The notes under the pieces were generated by a model. That model had not been told where the DNA came from. It worked only from the letters and a program-made list of their open reading frames with translations, and did no database searches. From positions 31,491 to 95,490 of the forward strand of contig JBGAPH010000017.1 in NCBI GenBank assembly GCA_044221365.1: DNA of 64,000 nucleotides. The letters run 5' to 3'. Shown here piece by piece: positions 58,842 to 64,000 of the stretch. Every line of letters begins with the position of its first letter. The stretch's first letter is position 1. Source of the DNA: Pirellulales bacterium. GTDB lineage: Bacteria > Planctomycetota > Planctomycetia > Pirellulales > JBGAPH01. Position numbers and translations under genes: made by a program.

Positions 58842-60431
58842 AGCCTGTGATTTTTTGGGCTTTTCGAGTGAGGGGAGGGGGCGCTAGCTTGGTTGGCGCG
58901 GGGTGGTGGGCGAAGTTGGCGTGGGTCGAGGTTCCAGGATGGATCGCTTGTTGTTCGAGAAGGGCGCGGCGGAGTCGTCGGCGCCGTCCGAAATTGCCGC
59001 GGGAAGGCCTCGGTTGCGCCGCGTGCGCCGCGACCAGGTGGAGATGCAGTGCTCCGCTGGATGAGCTGCTCGAACTCGACCATCGGGCACGGCTGGTGGG
59101 GCGGCCGTCAGCCGGCTGCCGCTCGCGGGCTGGTTGTCGGAGATCCGCCGTCGAAGGGCATCGTGGGCCGGGACGCCACCGACCCGCGGCTGTTGGTGGC
59201 CCTGTGGGTCTACGCCACCTTGGACGCGGTCAGCAGCGAGCTGGCCTGGCAGGTGCAACGCAGGCGGCCTATCGCTGGTCAGGCGGCGGCGTGAGCGTGA
59301 ACTATCACCTGCTGGCCGACCTTCGCCTGCGGGGCGCGGCGCGTTGGGACGAACTGCTGACGCAACTCGTGGCCGCCCTGTTGGCCGAAGGCTTGGTGAC
59401 GATGCAGTGCGTGGCTGCTGACGGCGCGTGCGGGGCCAAGGCCGGCAAGGCGAGCTATCGCCGCGCCAGCCGCTTGGAGCAATGCTTGGCGGAAGCCCGG
59501 CGCCCAGGTGCAATGCTCAAGCAGCTTGCCGAAGAGTCGCCGGAGGAACTCCACCAGCGGCGGCAGGCGGCGGAGCGGCTGCCGCGGAACCGCCAGCGCG
59601 GTTGGAGGAAGCCGCTGCGTCAGTGTCAGGAAGCAGAGCGCAACGGCAAGCTGGTGGCCAAGAAGAGCGGCCGAACGCCGCAGCGAGGCCCGCGCCTCGA
59701 CCACCGATCCCGAGCGCGAGTGATGCAGTTCTCCGACGGCGGGCTATCGGCCGGGCTACAACGTGCAGTGGTGACCGACACCGGCCTCCAGGCATCATCG
59801 TGGGTCGATGCCACCCCGGCCGGCACGGACTTCGAGCAACTGCCGCCCATGCTGCGGCAGTTGCGAGACCGCTACCGCCGCGTGCCGGAACAGTGCTGGT
59901 CGATGGCGGGTTCGCGGGCCTGCCACCTGATCGAGCTGCTGCCGCAGGGTGCAGGGAAAGCGCGCCGCTCAAAGAAGAACAGAAGCAGCTCGCCCAAGGC
60001 AAGGACCTCTACGCCAAGAAGGGCGATGGGCGCGGCAGGTCTGCGTGGAGGGGCGGATGGGCACGGCGGCGGCCAAGCAGATCTATCGGCCGTGCTGTCA
60101 GACGGCGGAATGGGTGAACGCGCCATGCGGAACCGCGGCCTCCGACAATGCCTGTCCGCGGCGCAGACAAGAGCCGCGTACGGCGGCTACGCTCTACGCA
60201 ATCGCCCACAATGTCCCGCAGGGCCTGCCGGCTCCGAACACTCGCAGGGGAAACGGCCGACGGAGGAAGCTGAGAGCGGCCAGCAGCGGGCGCTCGCCCG
60301 CGACCGCCGCACCGCTTCGCCCATGAGACAACGAGGAGAATCCCGCAGCTCCGCTCAAAAAACAAAAAAAACGCGTTCCCCCCGCCGCACCAATCCAAAA
60401 TCACACTGCTAGGCGCAAAAACTCACGGCCT
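58842..60431 (+). mobile_element. Decayed IS element (IS5/IS1182-superfamily-like) inserted into a family-B palindrome
   Basis: Imperfect terminal inverted repeats of about 19 nt: AGCCTGTGATTTTTTGGGC against the reverse complement of the right end, AGGCCGTGAGTTTTTGCGC. CGGAG is directly repeated at 58837-58841 and 60432-60436. The joined flanks reconstitute the palindrome seen intact at 47932-47960. Confidence 0.65.
58939..60326 (+). pseudogene. Transposase pseudogene (DUF772-type N-domain + DDE domain), at least five frameshifts
   Basis: Recognisable transposase peptides are scattered over all three forward frames: GRDATDPRLLVALWVYATLDAVSS; AYRWSGGGVSVNYHLLADLR; EARASTTDPE / ARVMQFSDGG / GYRPGYNVQ; LVDGGFAG; RMGTAAAKQIYRPCCQTAEWVNA..LYAIAHN. 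Confidence 0.6.
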
Positions 60432-60467
60432 CGGAGTGTGCGGGCTACAACGGAGTGTGCGGGCTAC
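60432..60467. repeat. Two tandem copies of the family-B half-site CGGAGTGTGCGGGCTAC
   Basis: 60432-60448 and 60451-60467 are identical. The second copy overlaps the NUDIX gene stop codon. Confidence 0.7.
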
Positions 60468-60988
60468 GTAGGAGCCCGGCGTGCGTAGAACAGCAAGGCC
60501 GCGATCGTTTTGGCGTCGCGAATTTCGCCGCGGTCGACGCGTTCGAGGGCCTCAGGCAAAGCGAACAGCACGTTTTCGATTTCCTCCGTCGCCTCGCGGT
60601 GGGGCGGACCGTCGCGGAGCTCGGTGGCCAGGAACACGTGCATCCGCTCGTTGAGAATGCCGGGGGACATGAAGAACTCGCAGAGCAGTTCGAGGCGGCC
60701 CGCCAGATAGCCGGTTTCCTCGGCCAGTTCGCGCTCGGCGGTGACTACGGGAGCTTCGCCCGGATCGAGCGTGCCGGCCGGAAGCTCGAGCAGGGTCTGG
60801 CCGACCGCGAGCCGATAGTTTTGCACGAAGCAGAGCCGGCCATCGGGGAGCACCGGCACGATCGTGACCGCGCCGGGGTGCTCGATGTACTCGCGCGTAT
60901 GGCTCACGCCGGCGGGCGAAACGCGCGTGGCGCGGACCACCTGAAAGCGCTTGGTAGCCAGCAAAATGTGCGAATCGGGCTCAGCCAT
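60464..60988 (-). CDS. NUDIX hydrolase (ADP-ribose pyrophosphatase-like)
   Basis: Nudix box GTLDPGEAPVVTAERELAEETGY. ATG at 60988. The rest of track ORF 60464..61768 is antisense to the M50 gene. Confidence 0.85.
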   Translation of the reverse strand: MAEPDSHILLATKRFQVVRATRVSPAGVSHTREYIEHPGAVTIVPVLPDGRLCFVQNYRLAVGQTLLELPAGTLDPGEAPVVTAERELAEETGYLAGRLELLCEFFMSPGILNERMHVFLATELRDGPPHREATEEIENVLFALPEALERVDRGEIRDAKTIAALLFYARRAPT

Positions 60989-61117
60989 CGGGGGGCACGC
61001 TCGTTGCTTTGACGGGGTGGCAATGTTAGGATAACGAAGGCGAGATTCGGGTCCCAGGCGGTCCGCGGAATTCCGCCTTCGAGCGGCGTAAGTTCTGTCG
61101 ACGCGTGGCTTTTCGAT

Positions 61118-62155
61118 ATGCGCGACTTCGCCAGTTGGAGTGTCAGCCTGGGACGCTGGGGCGGTGTGCAGGTACGGCTGCACGCCTTCTTCTTTCTGTT
61201 CGCGGTGCTGACGCTTGTCCTCGCATTCGACCCCGGGGAGGACAAATCGCCCCTCGCCTGGCAAGGGCTCTCGGCGCTGGGCATTCTGCTCGTCAGTGTG
61301 CTGCTGCACGAATGGGGCCATTGCTTGGCCGCCATGCATTTTGGCGGACGGGCCGACGAGATCGTGCTCGGTCCGCTGGGGGGGCTCGCGCCGGTGCAGG
61401 TGCCGATGGCCCCTGTGCCGGAGCGCGTGGCCGCGCTCGCCGGTCCGGTGACCAACCTGCTCGTGGCGCTCCTTTGCCTGCCGCTCTTGGTGGCCATGAA
61501 GGTCGATATCGTCGGGTTGCTGAACCCACTGTCGCCGATCGAGGTGATCTCGGGCAACGTTGGGCCGGTGTTGGCCAAGATGACCTTCTGGATCAATTGG
61601 CTGCTGTTCGTGGTTAACATGCTCCCCTGCTTCCCGCTGGATGGGGCGCGGGTGCTGCGCTCCTTCCTGTGGCCAAGCTTCCCTTATCCGACGGCCGTGG
61701 TCATTGTGGTGCACGTCGCCCAGGTGACGGCGGTGGCGCTCGTCGCCGTGGGGGTGATCTTCCGCCACTCACTGCCTGGCTATCCCCTGCCAGCCTGGGC
61801 GCCGCTGTCGCTGTTGGCGATCTTCTTGTTCTTCAGCGCTCAGCACGAGCTGCAGCGGCTCGAGACCGACGACCGCGAAGGGGAGTTTTCCGACTACGAC
61901 TTCACGCACGGCTATACGAGCTTGGAAGCGCCGGCGCGCGCGGCGCGCCGCGGCCCCGGTCCCCTCTCCCGCTGGCTGAATCGCCGCCGCCAGCAGAAGA
62001 AGCTGCGGCAAGCGCAGGTGGAGGCCGACGAAGAGCGGCGGGTCGACGAAATCTTGATGCGGCTGCAAGAAGTTGGCATCGGCGGAATCTCCTCCGACGA
62101 CCGGCATCTGCTCGAGCGCGTGGCGGCCCGCTACCGCGAGCGCCAGGGCAAATAG
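61118..62155 (+). CDS. M50-family (site-2 protease-like) membrane metalloprotease
   Basis: HEXXH in a TM helix (LLHEWGHCLAAMHFGG), downstream NMLPCFPLDGARV, multiple TM helices, and a basic coiled C-terminal tail. Confidence 0.8.
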   Translation: MRDFASWSVSLGRWGGVQVRLHAFFFLFAVLTLVLAFDPGEDKSPLAWQGLSALGILLVSVLLHEWGHCLAAMHFGGRADEIVLGPLGGLAPVQVPMAPVPERVAALAGPVTNLLVALLCLPLLVAMKVDIVGLLNPLSPIEVISGNVGPVLAKMTFWINWLLFVVNMLPCFPLDGARVLRSFLWPSFPYPTAVVIVVHVAQVTAVALVAVGVIFRHSLPGYPLPAWAPLSLLAIFLFFSAQHELQRLETDDREGEFSDYDFTHGYTSLEAPARAARRGPGPLSRWLNRRRQQKKLRQAQVEADEERRVDEILMRLQEVGIGGISSDDRHLLERVAARYRERQGK

Positions 62156-62170
62156 CCCTTCGAGTGGCCG

Positions 62171-63568
62171 CTACGCTTGCCCAGCGGTTGGCATGAGCCG
62201 GGCAAAGGCCTGAGCGAGTTCTTGATCCTGGCGCGCGAGCACGCTCCGCAAATCGAGCAGCACGCGCCCGCCGGCAACGCGGGCCACGACCGCCGGTTGG
62301 CCGAGCCGCAGAAGTTCGGCCAAGTCCTCGGCAGACTGGGCCGCCGGCTCGACCGCCACGCACCACGTCCGCAGCCGCAACTCCGGCACGGCGTGGCCAC
62401 TCAAGAACACCTCGTCCGCCACGACTGCGGCGCGGGCAAAACTCGGCCGCGCTCCGAGCTGCGCCGCCAAACGCTCGGCACGGTTGCGCAGGTTGTCGAG
62501 CGGTGTGTGCAAGAGCTGCGAGACCGGCAGCGTTCGCTCAGGCGACGCCGGCTCTTGCCAGGCGCGCAGCGTCGCGGCGAGCGCCGCGAGCGTGAACTTG
62601 TCGACACGCAGCGCGTGAGCCAGGGGGTGGCGTGCAAGGCGGTCGAGCAACTCGCGACGGCCCACGATCAGGCCGCATTGCGGACCGCCCAGCAATTCGC
62701 TGCCGCTCGAGACCACAACGTCGGCGCCGTAGGCTACAAGCTGCGCCGCCGTGGGCCCGCCGTGCTCACCGAGCTCGCCGGCAAGCGCCGCGTACCCCGC
62801 GGCCACGACCACCGGCAGCCCATGCTGCTGACCAAGCCGCACGAGTTCCGGCGTGGTTGGCCGCTCCACATCGCCGCTTGCGCGCCAACTCGTCGGCTGC
62901 ACGCAGAGCAGCGCCGCGGCGGCAGGGCCGATCGCCGCGGCGTAGTCGGCCACTCGGCACTTGTGCACGGCGCCTACTTCGCGGAGCGTTGCTCCTGCGG
63001 CCAAGTCCGTCAGCCGACAACCGTCGACCTCGCCCATGTCGTGCCGCGACACCACGACCTCGCGGCCGGCGGCGAGCGCGGCCAATGCCAGGTGCAGGGC
63101 TGCCGCGGGCGTGTTCACGACGAGCGCGGCTTCGGCGCCGGTGAGCAGCCGGAGGAGCGGCTCGACGGCAGCTTCCCGGGGCGCGGGCGCGCCGCTCGTC
63201 AGGTCGAACTCGAGATTGGCGTAGCTTCGTCCCACTGCGACCAAGGCCTCGAGCGCGTCATCGCACAGCGGCGCCGAACCCAACCCCGCGTGCAGGAGCA
63301 CGCCTGTCGCGTTGATGACCGGCCGCGGCGCCGGCTGTTCTCCCGCGGCGATGCGGCGGGCGATGCGCTCCGCCAGTTCGCGCAGATCGGGCAACTTCGC
63401 TTCCCCCGCGGCCGCACGCGCTTCGCGCCGCAGCTCGTCGAGCGCCGTCCGCACGCCTGACACGACGACGTTGCGGTTCAACCGGTCGACCAAGCCGCGC
63501 AGCGGTTGGATCTCGAGCAGTTCGCTTACCGAAGGGAGGTTTTGCAGCACTTTGGAGGCCACGGGCAT
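62171..63568 (-). CDS. SelA-like protein (L-seryl-tRNA(Sec) selenium transferase family) lacking the PLP-binding lysine
   Basis: Collinear with SelA: LPSVSELLE.., PVINATGVLLHAGLG, LLTGAEAALVVNTPAAAL, GREVVVSR, SSGSELLGGPQCGLIVG (SelA has SGDKLLGGPQAG), ALRVDKFTLAALAATLR, GRVLLDLR. Confidence 0.8.
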   Translation of the reverse strand: MPVASKVLQNLPSVSELLEIQPLRGLVDRLNRNVVVSGVRTALDELRREARAAAGEAKLPDLRELAERIARRIAAGEQPAPRPVINATGVLLHAGLGSAPLCDDALEALVAVGRSYANLEFDLTSGAPAPREAAVEPLLRLLTGAEAALVVNTPAAALHLALAALAAGREVVVSRHDMGEVDGCRLTDLAAGATLREVGAVHKCRVADYAAAIGPAAAALLCVQPTSWRASGDVERPTTPELVRLGQQHGLPVVVAAGYAALAGELGEHGGPTAAQLVAYGADVVVSSGSELLGGPQCGLIVGRRELLDRLARHPLAHALRVDKFTLAALAATLRAWQEPASPERTLPVSQLLHTPLDNLRNRAERLAAQLGARPSFARAAVVADEVFLSGHAVPELRLRTWCVAVEPAAQSAEDLAELLRLGQPAVVARVAGGRVLLDLRSVLARQDQELAQAFARLMPTAGQA

Positions 63569-63600
63569 CAGAGCTGAAAGTCAAAGGGCCAACGATGCGG

Positions 63601-64000
63601 TCAGGGTACAACGCGGGCTTCGAGCCAGTCGGCGTAGTCTAGTTCATCGCCGCGGTCGGCGTAGTCGACGACGAGCCGTAGCCGCTGGGCGCCCGCGATG
63701 TCGACGTCGATGGGAATTGGCGGCTGGCCGCCGCGGACGACATCGCTCGCGAAGCGCTCCGCCCATTTTCCGTCGCCGGGATCGACGAACACGCGAAACA
63801 CGGCGCTGCCCTTGCCGCCGGCGGCGCGGTCGATCGCCGCCAGCGCGGCGAAGTGGCGGTAAGACTTTTCGAGCCGGTAGGTGAGCTGCGCCGCGCTGTG
63901 GACGCCGAGCCCAGCGAGATGAAGCTGCTCTCGGCTGCGCAAGGGACCGCCGGCGACATTCTGATTGCGGCCGTAGTGAGGCCAGGGTGCGCCGAGAAAC
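63601..64000 (-). CDS. NPCBM/NEW2-like carbohydrate-binding module, C-terminal end of a protein that starts beyond the window
   Basis: The frame is open to the window edge. ..LHLAGLGVHSAAQLTYRL..YRHFAALAAID..GSAVFRVFVD.., GAQRLRLVVDYADRGDELDYADWLEARV. Confidence 0.7.
   Translation of the reverse strand, partial: FLGAPWPHYGRNQNVAGGPLRSREQLHLAGLGVHSAAQLTYRLEKSYRHFAALAAIDRAAGGKGSAVFRVFVDPGDGKWAERFASDVVRGGQPPIPIDVDIAGAQRLRLVVDYADRGDELDYADWLEARVVP

Noticed and set aside
58781-60412. 543-aa single-frame ORF read as an intact gene
   Set aside because: Its translation is largely Arg/Ala/Gly-rich. Recognisable transposase peptides alternate among all three forward frames. The best explanation is a frameshifted IS transposase pseudogene, with an open frame kept by GC bias.
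60432-60467. CRISPR-like or other tandem array
   Set aside because: There are only two 17-nt direct copies separated by 2 nt, no spacers and no cas genes. They belong to the family-B REP half-site.
60464-61768. 434-aa minus-strand ORF as one gene
   Set aside because: Only the C-terminal 174 aa (NUDIX box, ATG at 60988) are protein-like. The upstream part is His/Arg/Glu-rich and antisense to the M50 protease gene.

Overview
High-GC bacterial chromosomal segment. The gene content points to Planctomycetota, probably Pirellulales-like: four DUF1559/HX9DG pseudopilin-like proteins, PEP-CTERM proteins with dockerin-like loops, a double DUF1080 protein, and small proteins with RF-LRT-LL type N-termini. 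I support about 50 protein genes and find no rRNA, tRNA or CRISPR array.

Housekeeping genes:
- asnB (5' truncated by the window edge)
- lolCE/lolD-like ABC pair
- rpsA
- two sigma-70 factors, including primary rpoD
- floA
- ilvB
- a UbiB-family kinase
- thiF/moeB-type E1
- NUDIX, HAD and M50 protease genes

Envelope and accessory content:
- A tandem triplet of LamG(+PA14) PEP-CTERM proteins.
- Two separate tandem pairs of DUF1559 genes.
- A seven-gene Tad/Cpa pilus platform operon with no pilin, peptidase or secretin in the window.
- A ferredoxin / P-II / metal-permease::DtxR (YtgCR-like) operon.
- An SbcE/SbcF-like (YhaN/YhaO-like) pair whose phosphoesterase has divergent metal motifs.
- A five-module ABC exporter (PH-like + Zn-ribbon + TMD + NBD + DUF1854).
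- A SelA-like protein lacking the PLP lysine.

The window also carries several families of REP/MITE-like palindromes. One lies in frame inside the ABC exporter. Another is split by a roughly 1.6 kb IS whose transposase is multiply frameshifted.

Most long ORFs on the opposite strand of these genes are GC-driven shadow ORFs. All family assignments come from reading the translations and were not searched against databases. No single locus here is demonstrably a new system. The best candidates are flagged in the findings.
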